Shown: positions 9,735 to 20,063, counted from the stretch's first letter. The stretch: 64,000 nt of DNA from Suipraeoptans intestinalis (GCF_009696485.1 NZ_VULY01000018.1:2157906-2221905); one strand, 5' to 3'. Numbers and translations: made by a program. The notes: generated by a model from the letters alone, not told the origin.

Positions 9735-10364
9735 ATGGAGATATATTTGGTCAGACATGGAGAAACCGATTGGAATAAAGCAAGACTGATCCAGGGAAGG
9801 GCAGATATCCCACTGAATGATTTTGGAAGGAGTCTGGCAAGGAAGACGGGAGAAGGACTCAGGGACGTCGTGTTTGACGTCTGCTATTCCAGTCCTCTGC
9901 AAAGAGCCAGGGAGACGGCAGAACTGATCGTGGCCGGCCGGCAGATGGCGATACGGGAAGATGCCAGACTTCTGGAAATGGATTTTGGAGAGTACGAAGG
10001 GAAGTGCTGCAAATGGGATGACTGGGAGCTTCCCGCAGAGTTCCGTGATTTTTTTGAAGCGCCGGAGCAGTACAAAGCGCCGGCAGGAGGAGAGGATTTC
10101 CTTCAGGTAAAGGAAAGAACGGGGCGGTTTTTAAAGGAACTGACAGAAAAAGAGGAACTGCAGGAATCCAGGATTTTGGTGGTCAGCCATGGCGCTGCCC
10201 TGGCAGGGATGCTGAACGTTATGCGGCGAGATCCACTGGCGAAATACTGGGGAAACGGAGTCGCAAAAAATTGTGCGGTAACCATTGTGGAAGCCTCGAA
10301 AGAGTGCTATTCTATTTTGGAAGACGGCAGAGTCTATTATGACGATCAGGTAAAGCCGTGGTAG
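9735..10364 (+). CDS. Histidine phosphatase family protein (phosphoglycerate-mutase-like)
   Basis: N-terminal RHGETDWN catalytic motif of the histidine phosphatase superfamily; ends 15 nt before trpS, so probably co-transcribed. Confidence 0.8.
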   Translation: MEIYLVRHGETDWNKARLIQGRADIPLNDFGRSLARKTGEGLRDVVFDVCYSSPLQRARETAELIVAGRQMAIREDARLLEMDFGEYEGKCCKWDDWELPAEFRDFFEAPEQYKAPAGGEDFLQVKERTGRFLKELTEKEELQESRILVVSHGAALAGMLNVMRRDPLAKYWGNGVAKNCAVTIVEASKECYSILEDGRVYYDDQVKPW

Positions 10365-10379
10365 AAGAGGAGAGGAAAC

Positions 10380-11384
10380 ATGTTACAAGGAAAAAAAGTG
10401 TTATTTAGCGGAATGCAGGCTACCGGAAATCTGACCCTTGGCAATTATCTGGGGGCGCTGAAAAACTGGGTGAGCTTAAGTGATGAATATGAATGCTTCT
10501 ACAGTGTGGTGGATATGCACTCCATTACCGTCAGACAGGATCCGGCGACGCTGAGAAAGCGGGCCAGAGCTCTTTTGACTCTGTATCTGGCGGCAGGGAT
10601 CGATCCGGAGAAAAACTGTATCTATTATCAGTCCCATGTGTCCGGTCATGCAGAACTGGCATGGATCCTGAATTGCTTTACTTATATGGGAGAGCTGAAC
10701 AGGATGACACAGTTTAAGGATAAGTCTGCAAAGCATGCCGATAATATCAATGCCGGACTATTTACCTATCCGGTGCTGATGGCAGCGGATATTCTGCTGT
10801 TTCAGGCAGATGTGGTGCCGGTGGGGATCGATCAGATGCAGCATCTGGAGATTACCAGGGATATTGCCCAGAGATTCAACAATATTTACGGGGAGGTCTT
10901 CACCGTTCCGGAGGCCTATATCGGAAAAGTGGGAGCCAAGATCATGAGCCTCCAGGAGCCGACGAAAAAAATGTCCAAGTCTGATGAGAATCCCAATGCC
11001 AGCATTTATCTGATGGATGATGCGGATACCATCCTGCGCAAATGCAAGCGGGCAGTGACGGATTCAGAAGGAGCGATCCGCTACAGAGAAGAGCAGCCGG
11101 GAGTCCGCAATCTGATCGATATTTACAGTGCATGTACCGGAAAAACGCCCGAGGAAACAGTGGGTGAATTTGAAGGAAAAGGGTATGGTGTGTTTAAAGA
11201 GGCGGTAGGAGAAGCGGTGGTTTCTGTGCTTCGCCCGCTGCAGGAAGAAGTACGGAGGCTGGAAAAGGACAAGACTTATCTTGATGAGATCATCAAGAAC
11301 AATGGAGAAAAAGCGGGATATTTTGCCAACAAAACACTGCGTAAGGTGCAAAAGAAGGTAGGTTTCCCGGAAAGGATCCGTTAA
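10380..11384 (+). CDS. trpS: Tryptophan--tRNA ligase
   Basis: Class I aaRS motifs: TGNLTLGNYLG (HIGH-like region), KMSKS (KMSKSDENP); 334 aa typical of TrpRS. Confidence 0.95.
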   Translation: MLQGKKVLFSGMQATGNLTLGNYLGALKNWVSLSDEYECFYSVVDMHSITVRQDPATLRKRARALLTLYLAAGIDPEKNCIYYQSHVSGHAELAWILNCFTYMGELNRMTQFKDKSAKHADNINAGLFTYPVLMAADILLFQADVVPVGIDQMQHLEITRDIAQRFNNIYGEVFTVPEAYIGKVGAKIMSLQEPTKKMSKSDENPNASIYLMDDADTILRKCKRAVTDSEGAIRYREEQPGVRNLIDIYSACTGKTPEETVGEFEGKGYGVFKEAVGEAVVSVLRPLQEEVRRLEKDKTYLDEIIKNNGEKAGYFANKTLRKVQKKVGFPERIR

Positions 11385-11401
11385 GATCCACGGAGATAGA
11401 A

Positions 11402-11450
11402 AGAGAGACAGATCTATGAACACATAGAAATGTCTCTCTCTTTTCTTTTA
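11402..11450. terminator. Bidirectional intrinsic terminator between convergent trpS and ABC-F genes
   Basis: AGAGAGACA...TGTCTCTCT 9-bp stem followed by CTTTTCTTTTA; A-rich on the other side, so it can serve both strands. Confidence 0.7.
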
Positions 11451-11461
11451 TGAAGATAAGG

Positions 11462-13093
11462 TTAGTTGTCCTCCTCCTGGAGCGTATAGGTCTGACGTTT
11501 TCTTGCCATTTCGTCACTTTCCAGATACTCGTCGTAGGTGGTGATCTTATCGATCAGCTTTCCGCCGGGAACGATCTCCATGATGCGGTTGGCGGTGGTC
11601 TGTACGATCTGGTGATCTCTGGAAGAGAACAGAATAACGCCGGGATATTTGATCATGCCGTTGTTCAGGGCAGTGATGGATTCCATATCCAGGTGGTTGG
11701 TAGGCTCGTCCAAGATCAGGACATTTGCCCCGGAGATCATCATCTTGGACAGAAGACAGCGAACCTTTTCTCCTCCGGAAAGGACCTTTACCCGTTTGAC
11801 TCCGTCGTCTCCCGCAAAGAGCATACGTCCTAAAAAGCCTCTGACATAGGTGACATCTTTTTCTTCGGAATACTGCGTCAGCCATTCCACAATGGTAGAA
11901 TCATTTTCAAACTCGTCTCCCGGATCCAGAGGGAAGTAGGCCTGAGAGGTAGTGATCCCCCATTTATAGGTACCTTCATCCGGTTCCAGCTCTCCGGTGA
12001 GAATCTGGAACAGAGTAGTCTTTGCCAGCTCGTTGCCTCCTACAAAGGCCACCTTGTCGTCACGGTTCAGGGTAAAGGTCAATTGATCCAGTACCTTTTC
12101 CCCATCGATGGTCTTGCTCAATCCTTCCACCGAAAGGACTTCATTTCCGATCTCCCTGTTAGGACGGAAGTCGATGTAGGGGTATTTTCGGCTGGATGGC
12201 TGGATATCGTCCAGTTGGATCTTTTCCAGAGCGCGTTTTCTGGAAGTGGCCTGCTTGGATTTGGAAGCATTGGCGCTGAACCGGGAAATGAAATCCTGTA
12301 ATTCCTTGATCTTTTCTTCCTTTTTCTTGTTGGCTTCCTTCATCTGGCGAATGAGCAGCTGACTGGATTCATACCAGAAGTCATAGTTTCCGGCATACAG
12401 CTTGATCTTTCCATAGTCGATATCGGCGATCTGGGTGCAGACTTTATTTAAAAAGTAACGGTCGTGGGACACCACGATTACAGTGTTTTCAAAATTGATC
12501 AAAAACTCTTCCAGCCACGCAATGGCGTCCAGATCCAGGTGGTTGGTAGGCTCGTCCAGAAGCAGGATATCCGGGGAACCAAAAAGCGCTTGGGCAAGAA
12601 GAACCTTAACCTTTTCCGGTCCGGCAAGAGTCTGCATAAGGCTATAGTGCAGGTCGGTGGAAATTCCCAGTCCATTGAGCAGGGTAGCAGCGTCCGATTC
12701 TGCCTCCCAGCCGTTCATAGCGGCAAATTCTGCCTCCAGTTCACTGGCTTTGATTCCATCCTCGTCCGTAAAGTCCTCTTTGGCATAGATCACTTCCTTT
12801 TCCTTCATGATCTCATAGAGGCGAGGATTTCCCAGCATAACCGTATCCAGTACCGTATAGGCATCGTACTTAAAGTGATCCTGCTGCAGGAAGGACAGAC
12901 GCTGTCCGGGGGTCAGGATCACCTCTCCTTTAGAGGGTTCCAGCTGTCCGGAAAGAATCTTCAAAAAAGTAGATTTTCCAGCTCCGTTGGCTCCGATCAG
13001 ACCGTAGCAGTTTCCTTCGGTAAATTTAATGTTGACATCTTCAAAGAGGGCTTTTTTGCCCACTCGCAGCGTAATATTACTTGTGCTTATCAT
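11462..13093 (-). CDS. ABC-F family ATPase, YbiT/EttA-like (translation-associated)
   Basis: Two ABC domains (Walker A GANGAGKST and GGNELAKTT, two LSGGE signatures) joined by a K/E-rich linker; end-to-end similarity to E. coli YbiT (MxxSSNVTxxFGxKxLFExxxxKFxxGNxYGLIGANGxGKSTF...). Start placed at ATG 13093 (MISTSNITL) preceded by AAAGGAG; the listed ORF begins at an upstream GTG. Confidence 0.85.
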   Translation of the reverse strand: MISTSNITLRVGKKALFEDVNIKFTEGNCYGLIGANGAGKSTFLKILSGQLEPSKGEVILTPGQRLSFLQQDHFKYDAYTVLDTVMLGNPRLYEIMKEKEVIYAKEDFTDEDGIKASELEAEFAAMNGWEAESDAATLLNGLGISTDLHYSLMQTLAGPEKVKVLLAQALFGSPDILLLDEPTNHLDLDAIAWLEEFLINFENTVIVVSHDRYFLNKVCTQIADIDYGKIKLYAGNYDFWYESSQLLIRQMKEANKKKEEKIKELQDFISRFSANASKSKQATSRKRALEKIQLDDIQPSSRKYPYIDFRPNREIGNEVLSVEGLSKTIDGEKVLDQLTFTLNRDDKVAFVGGNELAKTTLFQILTGELEPDEGTYKWGITTSQAYFPLDPGDEFENDSTIVEWLTQYSEEKDVTYVRGFLGRMLFAGDDGVKRVKVLSGGEKVRCLLSKMMISGANVLILDEPTNHLDMESITALNNGMIKYPGVILFSSRDHQIVQTTANRIMEIVPGGKLIDKITTYDEYLESDEMARKRQTYTLQEEDN

Positions 13094-13357
13094 AGAGATG
13101 AAAGGCTCCTTTATTATAGATTTGGCAGTTCTTGCCACTAGCTTATCTTAACAAAAGCCTATGAAAATAGCAAGGAGAAAGAAATTCCCATAATAAGGAA
13201 GGAAAATCCCGAAAAACGGGAAAGCCGGAAGGAGGAAAACAGACAGAGAGGAAGAAAACTGCCTGTGGAGAAAACAGGGGTGTTGTGGTAGGATGAAAAG
13301 CAGGAGGTCTTTTGCCTCGATACAAATGAAGAAACAACAGAAAAAGAAGGTGGAAAC

Positions 13358-13972
13358 TTGGACTACGACAGAGTATTAAAGATCATGAAGGTAGCAGAAC
13401 GGCTGAAATGTAACCCCAGGCATTCCTGGACCAGCACCGGGAGAAGGGAAAGCGTAGCGGAGCATACCTACAGGCTGTGCCTGTTTGCCTGGCTGGTGGG
13501 AAGAGAATTTCCGGAATGTGATCAGGAGAAGCTGATGAAGATGTGCCTGTTTCATGATCTGGGAGAGGCGGTAACGGGGGACATTCCCTGTTTTGAGAAA
13601 AAAGAAGCGGACAGAGAAACGGAAAAGCAGGCAATCGATACATTACTGTCAGAACTGCTTCCTTGGGAGGAAGAGGCAGAGCTTCGGGAATTGTTTGTAG
13701 AAATGGAAGCGTGCGTGACACCAGAGGCCAGGATATTTCACGCTCTGGACAAAATGGAAGCGGTAATCCAGCATAATGAAGCGCCCATAGCTACCTGGAT
13801 CCCGCTGGAACATGAATTGCAGCTGACTTACGGGGAGAAAGAAGCGGGATTTCATCCCTATCTGCGAGGACTTCGGGAGAGATTGAAGCAGGATTCGCAG
13901 GAGAAAATGCAAAAAGAATTGCCTGAAATGGGGAAGAAGGAACAAAACAGTGAAAGAGAAACAGACAGGTGA
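13358..13972 (+). CDS. HD-domain phosphohydrolase (YfbR-like 5'-deoxynucleotidase family)
   Basis: HD motif region ESVAEHTYRL...CLFHDLGEAVTGDIP; TTG start 5 nt after RBS GAAGGTGGA. Confidence 0.75.
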   Translation: MDYDRVLKIMKVAERLKCNPRHSWTSTGRRESVAEHTYRLCLFAWLVGREFPECDQEKLMKMCLFHDLGEAVTGDIPCFEKKEADRETEKQAIDTLLSELLPWEEEAELRELFVEMEACVTPEARIFHALDKMEAVIQHNEAPIATWIPLEHELQLTYGEKEAGFHPYLRGLRERLKQDSQEKMQKELPEMGKKEQNSERETDR

Positions 13973-14001
13973 ACGCAAAAGCAGGAGAGGCAGGGAGGAG
14001 A

Positions 14002-14883
14002 TCATCCCTGCTTTCTTAGTTTCAGCTTACCCCAGACGGACAGAAGGATCCCCAGCCAGATCAGGGAAAAAGAAATCTTTTCTCCAAAAGAAGGAGATTC
14101 CCGGTAATGAAAGATACCGATCAAAAATTGAATGGTAGGATTCAGATACATCAGGATGCCTGACAGATAATAGGGAACCTTTTTGATGCCGGAACTGTAT
14201 ACAAGAAGAGGCACGGAAGTCACAAGTCCGCACAGCGGGAGCAAAAGAAACTGACTGCCGTGAAGAATTCCCAGGCTCCCCTTATGCGAAAGCTCCATCC
14301 AGATGATGAAAGGAAGAGCGAGAGGGGTGACGCACAGGGTTTCCAAAAACAGAGAAACGATGGGATCTGTGGGGAGAGAGTTTTTGACGGCTCCATAAAC
14401 GGCAAAGGTGGAAGCGATCAGTATGGTAAAAAGAGGGATGGCTCTGGTGTAAAAAATCATACAGAGCAGACCGAGAAAAGAAAGCAGATAAGCTCCTTTA
14501 TCCCAGAAACTGAGAGATTCCTTAAAAAAGAAGATGCCGATCAGCCCCACCAGAAGAGGCTGCACAAAATAGCCCAGACTGGCGTCCAGTACATGACCGC
14601 TGCTGACCGCATAAATATAAAGCCCCCAGTTGAGGGAGATCAAAAGACCGGAAAGCAGGCAGATCCGCATAACGGAACCGGTGACAAAGGCGGCCCGGAG
14701 CAGGGCGAAGCGCTGAGTGGCTAAAATCACCACAAAAAGAAGACCCATAGACCAGAAGATCCGTTGAGCCAGAACATATACCGGATGCACATGGGATAAG
14801 AGTCCCCAAAACAGAGTGAGGAACCCCCAGCACACATAGGAAAACAGGATTTCGGCGGTGCCAAGGGTCTGCTCTTTATTCAT
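14002..14883 (-). CDS. rarD: RarD/EamA family (DMT superfamily) transporter
   Basis: 10-TM DMT protein with RarD-like N-terminus MNKEQTLGTAEILFSYVCWGF; ATG 14883 overlaps the truA stop (ATGAATAA), so start taken at MNKEQ rather than the longer listed ORF. Confidence 0.75.
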   Translation of the reverse strand: MNKEQTLGTAEILFSYVCWGFLTLFWGLLSHVHPVYVLAQRIFWSMGLLFVVILATQRFALLRAAFVTGSVMRICLLSGLLISLNWGLYIYAVSSGHVLDASLGYFVQPLLVGLIGIFFFKESLSFWDKGAYLLSFLGLLCMIFYTRAIPLFTILIASTFAVYGAVKNSLPTDPIVSLFLETLCVTPLALPFIIWMELSHKGSLGILHGSQFLLLPLCGLVTSVPLLVYSSGIKKVPYYLSGILMYLNPTIQFLIGIFHYRESPSFGEKISFSLIWLGILLSVWGKLKLRKQG

Positions 14884-15616
14884 AGGACACTTCCTGTAGG
14901 TAGAGTCCCTTTGGATCGCAGGGATTGCTTGCCGGCAGGTTTCCGGCAAAGATCTCCTCGATCTCTTCCTTTTTCCGAATGCCAAGGCCGATATCCAGAA
15001 GGGTTCCGATCAGGATGCGCGCCATGTTGTGAAGAAAATCATCTGCCTTGATGGTGATCAGCATTTCCTCGATATCTGCGTAGATGTCCAGGTCATAGAT
15101 GGTCTTGACGGTAGACTTGCTCTTTTTTACAGAAGAAAAGTTGCGAAAATCATGGGTGCCTATGAGAGAGAGGGCGGCCTGCTGCATGACTTTCTTATCC
15201 GGGATCTTAAAGCTGTGATAGATATACCGCCTGTCAAATACGCTGGGAACCTCGTCGATAGTGATCCGGTAAACATAGGTTTTGGACAGGGCGTTCAACT
15301 GCGCATGAAATCTTTCCGGCTTTTCTTCCACTTTGGTGACAGCAATGTCCATAGGAAGATAGCGGTTCAGATAATGCTGGATTTCTTTGGTGGTCATGCT
15401 GCACTCTGTTTTGAAGTTAGCAACCTGAAGGTAGGCGTGCACCCCGACCTCTGTGCGGCAGCCGCAGTGAAGCTCGCAGAGATATTCCCCCGTCATTTTC
15501 CGCAGGACTTCGATGATCTTGTTGGAGATGGTATTGCCGGATTCGTCCTTTCCCAGGCGGGTCCAGCCCTGATACCTGCTCCCGTCATATTCGATGGTGA
15601 GTTTTATGTTTCGCAT
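14876..15616 (-). CDS. truA: tRNA pseudouridine(38-40) synthase
   Basis: MRNIKLTIEYDGSRYQGWTRLG... TruA N-terminus with catalytic-Asp-containing motif; 246 aa. Confidence 0.9.
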   Translation of the reverse strand: MRNIKLTIEYDGSRYQGWTRLGKDESGNTISNKIIEVLRKMTGEYLCELHCGCRTEVGVHAYLQVANFKTECSMTTKEIQHYLNRYLPMDIAVTKVEEKPERFHAQLNALSKTYVYRITIDEVPSVFDRRYIYHSFKIPDKKVMQQAALSLIGTHDFRNFSSVKKSKSTVKTIYDLDIYADIEEMLITIKADDFLHNMARILIGTLLDIGLGIRKKEEIEEIFAGNLPASNPCDPKGLYLQEVSYE

Positions 15617-15825
15617 AGGATATACTCCTTTTTATAAGAGAAAGAGAACCTGTGAAAGAAGCTGTGCCGGAACTTTTCTGTCAGACAGAAAAATTTCCCG
15701 GCAGGACAACAGGTTCTGTGGATTTGTAAGTTACCGGTTCCAGTATAGCAAATCCTATGATACAATGGAAGAGTTCTTTCAGGAGAGAGAACGGAATTGT
15801 AAAATCGCAGAAGAGAGGGAAACAT

Positions 15826-16302
15826 ATGGATATGGAAAGCAGAACAGTCTCAGAGTCTGTCGTGGAGACCGTGCACATTGTCAGACCGAATCATCTAAAT
15901 GCAGCCGGGCGTCTGTTTGGAGGCGTGCTGATGCAGTGGATCGACGAAGTGGCGGGCCTTGTGGGGAAAAGACACACCAGAATGAATGTGATCACCGCTT
16001 CCGTGGATAATCTGAAATTTTTGCATGGAGCCTACCAGAAGGATGTGATCGTCATCATAGGAAAGACGACTTATGTGGGCAATACCTCTATGGAGGTAAA
16101 GGTGGATACCTATGTAGAGCATATGGACGGAGGAAGGACGCTGATCAACCGGGCATATTTTACCATGGTGGCGCTGGATGAGAACGACAGGCCGGCAAGG
16201 GTTCCAAGACTGGAGCTGGAAAAAGAGGAAGAGTACGAAGAGTGGGAGAAGGCCAAAAAGCGTCAGGAAGTCAGAAAGATGAGAAAAGAAGAGGACTTTT
16301 GA
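15826..16302 (+). CDS. Acyl-CoA thioesterase (hotdog fold, YciA/BFIT-like)
   Basis: HIVRPNHLNAAGRLFGGVLMQWIDEVAG hotdog thioesterase core; K/E-rich C-terminal tail; start at MDMESRT (ATG 15826) after a purine-rich RBS. Confidence 0.75.
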   Translation: MDMESRTVSESVVETVHIVRPNHLNAAGRLFGGVLMQWIDEVAGLVGKRHTRMNVITASVDNLKFLHGAYQKDVIVIIGKTTYVGNTSMEVKVDTYVEHMDGGRTLINRAYFTMVALDENDRPARVPRLELEKEEEYEEWEKAKKRQEVRKMRKEEDF

Positions 16303-16374
16303 TCTGGTGAGGAGTTTTCTTCAGAAGGGAATTTTGGCGCACGGGCGGGCTTGAGAGACCGGAAAGCAGGAAAA

Positions 16375-16413
16375 GACAGGTGTCAAGAAAAAATACTTGA
16401 CACCTGTCTTTTT
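16375..16413 (+). terminator. Intrinsic terminator after the thioesterase gene
   Basis: Perfect 13-bp stem GACAGGTGTCAAG...CTTGACACCTGTC with 8-nt A-rich loop followed by TTTTT. Confidence 0.8.
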
Positions 16414-16425
16414 GCGGTGTATGAT
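16397..16425 (+). promoter_or_regulatory. Consensus sigma-A promoter (TTGACA-17-TATGAT) for ylxM-ffh, embedded in the 3' arm of the upstream terminator
   Basis: TTGACA (16397-16402) lies inside the terminator 3' stem; 17-nt spacer; TATGAT at 16420-16425. Confidence 0.6.
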
Positions 16426-16435
16426 AGCACAGGTG

Positions 16436-16786
16436 ATGAAAATGGATGAACTTTTGGAACGTACATTATTATTCGATTTTTACGGCGAGCTTCTGACAAA
16501 GCACCAGAAGGAGATCTACGAGCAGTATATTTCAGAGGATCTTTCTCTGGGAGAGATCGCAAAAGAAGCCGGAATCAGCAGGCAGGGAGTCCATGACCTG
16601 ATCAGAAGATGCTCTGCTACCCTAAAAGGGTACGAGGAGAAGCTGCATCTGGTAGGACGGTTTGTGTCTGTGCGGGAGAAGGCCAGGAGGCTGGAAGAGC
16701 TGCTGGAGGACAAGGACGGATCTGATGCAGAAGCCTGTCTGGAGAAAGCCCGGAAGCTTTCCCGGGAGATCATAGAGGAATTGTAA
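16436..16786 (+). CDS. ylxM: YlxM/p13-like putative DNA-binding protein (UPF0122), SRP-operon associated
   Basis: ...LFDFYGELLTKHQKEIYEQYISEDLSLGEIAKEAGISRQGVHDLIRR helix-turn-helix; immediately precedes ffh as in B. subtilis. Start uncertain (ATG 16436 or 16442) because the putative -10 lies only about 10 nt upstream. Confidence 0.75.
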   Translation: MKMDELLERTLLFDFYGELLTKHQKEIYEQYISEDLSLGEIAKEAGISRQGVHDLIRRCSATLKGYEEKLHLVGRFVSVREKARRLEELLEDKDGSDAEACLEKARKLSREIIEEL

Positions 16787-16787
16787 A

Positions 16788-18131
16788 ATGGCATTTGACA
16801 GTTTAACAGAAAAATTACAAAATATATTCAGGCAGCTAAGGAGCAAAGGACGACTGACGGAAGAGGACGTAAAGGAAGCCCTAAAGGAGATCAAGCGGGC
16901 GCTTCTGGCAGCAGACGTCAACTTTAAAGTTGTCAAAGAATTTATCGGAAATGTACAGCAAAGAGCGGTGGGGCAGGACGTAATGAACGGATTGAACCCG
17001 GGACAGATGGTGGTCAAGATCGTCAACGAAGAGCTGACTTCTCTGATGGGCTCCGAGACGACAGAGATCGCACTGCAGCCGGGGAAAGCCATGACCGTCA
17101 TTATGATGGCGGGACTTCAGGGTGCGGGAAAGACTACCACCACGGCAAAGCTGGCGGGCAAATTCAAGCAAAAGGGAAAGAAGCCCTTGCTGGTAGCCTG
17201 TGACGTGTACCGGCCGGCGGCGATCTCCCAGCTAAAGATCAACGGAGAAAAGCAGCAGGTGGAAGTGTTTTCCATGGAGGATAGCCGCAAACCTGCGGAG
17301 ATCGCGAGGGAGGCGGTCGCCTATGCGGAAAAGAACGGTCACAATCTCGTGATCCTGGACACGGCGGGGCGGCTTCATATCGACGAAGAGATGATGGAGG
17401 AGCTGCAGCAGATCAAAAAAGCAGTAACGGTACATCAGACCATCCTGGTGATCGACGCCATGACGGGACAGGACGCTGTAAATGCGGCAAAGGAGTTCCA
17501 CGAGAAGGCGGGCATTGACGGAGTCATCATCACGAAGCTGGACGGAGACACCAGAGGCGGAGCGGCGCTGTCAGTGAAGGCGGTGACCGGAAAGCCTATA
17601 TTCTATGTGGGTATGGGAGAGAAGCTGTCGGATCTGGAGCAGTTTTATCCGGAGCGGATGGCATCCAGGATCCTGGGAATGGGAGATGTGCTGTCCCTGA
17701 TCGAAAAAGCAGAGGCCCAGATCGATGAGGACAAGGCGAAGGAGATGAGCCGTAAGCTAAAGAAGGCTCAGTTTGACTTTGAGGACTATCTGGAAAGTGT
17801 CAAACAGATGAAGAACATGGGAGGCATCGGCAATATCATGAACATGCTGCCGATGGGAGGACTGGGTAAGATGAAAGGTCTCAGCGAAGATCAGACTTCC
17901 CAGGCGGAAAGAAGCATGGCCAGGATGGAAGCTATGATCTATTCCATGACGGTTCAGGAAAGACGGGATCCGGATCTTCTGAATCCTTCCAGAAAGCATC
18001 GAATCGCGAAGGGCGCCGGAGTGGACATCAGCGAGGTCAACCGTATGATCAAACAGTTCGGCGAGATGAAGAAGATGATGAAGATGATGGGAAAAGGCGG
18101 AAGAAGGGGAGGATTCAGGCTTCCTTTTTAA
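16788..18131 (+). CDS. ffh: Signal recognition particle protein Ffh
   Basis: SRP54 N and G domains ([21 protein letters not shown]) and methionine-rich M domain (MMKMMGKGG). Confidence 0.95.
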   Translation: MAFDSLTEKLQNIFRQLRSKGRLTEEDVKEALKEIKRALLAADVNFKVVKEFIGNVQQRAVGQDVMNGLNPGQMVVKIVNEELTSLMGSETTEIALQPGKAMTVIMMAGLQGAGKTTTTAKLAGKFKQKGKKPLLVACDVYRPAAISQLKINGEKQQVEVFSMEDSRKPAEIAREAVAYAEKNGHNLVILDTAGRLHIDEEMMEELQQIKKAVTVHQTILVIDAMTGQDAVNAAKEFHEKAGIDGVIITKLDGDTRGGAALSVKAVTGKPIFYVGMGEKLSDLEQFYPERMASRILGMGDVLSLIEKAEAQIDEDKAKEMSRKLKKAQFDFEDYLESVKQMKNMGGIGNIMNMLPMGGLGKMKGLSEDQTSQAERSMARMEAMIYSMTVQERRDPDLLNPSRKHRIAKGAGVDISEVNRMIKQFGEMKKMMKMMGKGGRRGGFRLPF

Positions 18132-18208
18132 CCGGTATGGCTATGGTATATCGCAGTATGCGTTATATAGATCAAAAAGAACAGAAAGATGAATGGAGGA
18201 AAAGTAAG

Positions 18209-18454
18209 ATGGCAGTAAAAATGAGATTAAGAAGAATGGGACAGAAGAAGGCTCCTTTTTATAGAATCATAGTGGCTGATTCAAGATCCCCAAGAGATGG
18301 AAAGTTTATCGCAGAGATCGGAACCTATGATCCGACCCGCAATCCAAGTGCGATCCATGTAAATGAAGAAGAAGCAAAGAAATGGCTGGCAAACGGAGCA
18401 CAGCCGACCGAAGCAGTCAGCAAAATTTTGAAAGTGGCAGGCATCGAGAAATAA
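18209..18454 (+). CDS. rpsP: 30S ribosomal protein S16
   Basis: [31 protein letters not shown]... canonical S16; RBS GGAGGAAAAG; the listed ORF starts upstream at a non-conserved ATG. Confidence 0.9.
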   Translation: MAVKMRLRRMGQKKAPFYRIIVADSRSPRDGKFIAEIGTYDPTRNPSAIHVNEEEAKKWLANGAQPTEAVSKILKVAGIEK

Positions 18455-18480
18455 GATATGCCTTTGGAGGTGTACATTAG

Positions 18481-18711
18481 ATGAAAAATCTTGTAGAAGT
18501 GATCGTCAAGGCGCTGGTAGACCACCCGGGAGAAGTTGTCATCCACGAAAAAGAAGAAAAGGGCGTAGAGGTCCTGGAAGTTCGTGTGGCAGAGTCAGAT
18601 ATGGGCAAGGTGATCGGCAAGCAGGGACGGATCGCCAAGGCGATTCGCTCTGTGGTAAAGGCTGCTGCGACAAAGGAAAACAAGAAAGTCAGTGTAGATA
18701 TTATGGACTAG
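18481..18711 (+). CDS. KH-domain RNA-binding protein (YlqC/UPF0109 family)
   Basis: GKVIGKQGRIAKAIR KH GXXG loop; conserved position between rpsP and rimM. Confidence 0.85.
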   Translation: MKNLVEVIVKALVDHPGEVVIHEKEEKGVEVLEVRVAESDMGKVIGKQGRIAKAIRSVVKAAATKENKKVSVDIMD

Positions 18712-18777
18712 GGAAAGATCCCTGTGGGGCAGGCAGTTGTGACAGTCTGTCCCTGTTTCTGTTTTGAGGAGAGATGT

Positions 18778-19284
18778 ATGGAAGAAATGTTACAGGTAGG
18801 AGTGATCGCTTCTACCCACGGGATCAGGGGAGAGGTCAAGGTGTTTCCCACCACAGACGATGTGGGACGGTTCCGGGATCTGAAACAGGTATATCTGGAT
18901 ACCGGCAGAGAGAAACTGCTACTGGATGTGGAATCGACAAAGTTTTTTAAACAGATGGTCATCCTGAAATTCCGGCAGTTTCAAAGCATCAATCAGGTGG
19001 AGGGCTTTAGGCGGCGCCCCTTATTGGTACGGCGGGAGGATGCTCTTCCTCTGGAAGAGGATGAATATTATATTGCGGATATGCTGGGGATGGATGTGGT
19101 ACTGGAAGGGGGAGAGCATTTCGGGGTTCTTGCCGATGTGATCGAAACAGGCGCCAACGACGTATATGTGGTGGACAGCGACTGTCACGGTCAGGTGCTG
19201 CTGCCGGCCATCAAAGACTGCATCCTGTCTGTGGATATTGCACAGAGACAGATGTGCGTCAGACTTATGAAAGGACTGGTATAA
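18778..19284 (+). CDS. rimM: 16S rRNA processing protein RimM
   Basis: LQVGVIASTHGIRGEVKVFPTTDD RimM N-terminal barrel; PRC-like C-terminus; RBS GAGGAGAG before ATG 18778. Confidence 0.85.
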   Translation: MEEMLQVGVIASTHGIRGEVKVFPTTDDVGRFRDLKQVYLDTGREKLLLDVESTKFFKQMVILKFRQFQSINQVEGFRRRPLLVRREDALPLEEDEYYIADMLGMDVVLEGGEHFGVLADVIETGANDVYVVDSDCHGQVLLPAIKDCILSVDIAQRQMCVRLMKGLV

Positions 19285-19289
19285 AGAAG

Positions 19290-20063
19290 ATGGAGATTCA
19301 TATCATGACACTGTTTCCGGAGATGGTCATGCAGGGGCTTGGCGCCAGCATCACCGGACGGGCAATGGACAAAGGGCTGTTGAAGATCCATCCGTGGAAC
19401 ATCAGAGATTATGCCTTCAACAAGCACAGCAGTGTGGACGACTATCTCTACGGAGGAGGAGCCGGGATGCTGATGCAGGCAGAGCCGGTGTACCAGACCT
19501 ACCAGGCGATCTGCAAAGAGACAAAGGGCCATCCAAGAGTCGTCTATCTCTGTCCGCAGGGCAGGACATTCTGCCAGGAGATGGCAGAAGAGTTTTCCGG
19601 GGAAGAGGAACTGGTGCTTCTATGCGGACATTATGAAGGGATCGATCAGCGGGTACTGGACGAGATCGTGACAGATTATGTATCCATAGGAGATTTTGTG
19701 CTCACCGGAGGAGAACTTCCGGCCATGATGCTGGTAGATGCTGTGGGGAGACTGGTTCCGGGAGTTTTAAACAACAGCCAGTCGGCAGAAAAGGAAAGCT
19801 TTCAGGAGTATCTTCTGGAGCATCCGCAGTACTCCCGTCCGGAGGTCTGGAATGGAAAAAAGGTTCCGGAGGTGTTGCTTTCCGGGCACCATGCCAATAT
19901 TGAAAAATGGAAACGGCAGCAGTCCGTCCTGCAGACGGCAAAGCACAGACCGGATCTTCTGGAAAAAGCGGACCTTACCGGAGAAGAAAAACAGATGGTA
20001 AAAGAATTTCGGGAGCGGCAGGTATCTGACAAGGAGGTGTCGGACATATGCAGGAGGAATTGA
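19290..20063 (+). CDS. trmD: tRNA (guanine37-N1)-methyltransferase
   Basis: MEIHIMTLFPEM... TrmD start, DDYLYGGGAGM SAM-binding knot region; about 25-aa C-terminal extension relative to typical TrmD. Confidence 0.9.
   Translation: MEIHIMTLFPEMVMQGLGASITGRAMDKGLLKIHPWNIRDYAFNKHSSVDDYLYGGGAGMLMQAEPVYQTYQAICKETKGHPRVVYLCPQGRTFCQEMAEEFSGEEELVLLCGHYEGIDQRVLDEIVTDYVSIGDFVLTGGELPAMMLVDAVGRLVPGVLNNSQSAEKESFQEYLLEHPQYSRPEVWNGKKVPEVLLSGHHANIEKWKRQQSVLQTAKHRPDLLEKADLTGEEKQMVKEFRERQVSDKEVSDICRRN

Noticed and set aside
11462-13093. ABC-F protein as an antibiotic-resistance (ARE) determinant
   Set aside because: The sequence is collinear with housekeeping YbiT/EttA-type ABC-F proteins rather than Vga/Lsa/Msr/OptrA-type ARE proteins, and the context is core chromosome. 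Treated as translation-associated ABC-F.
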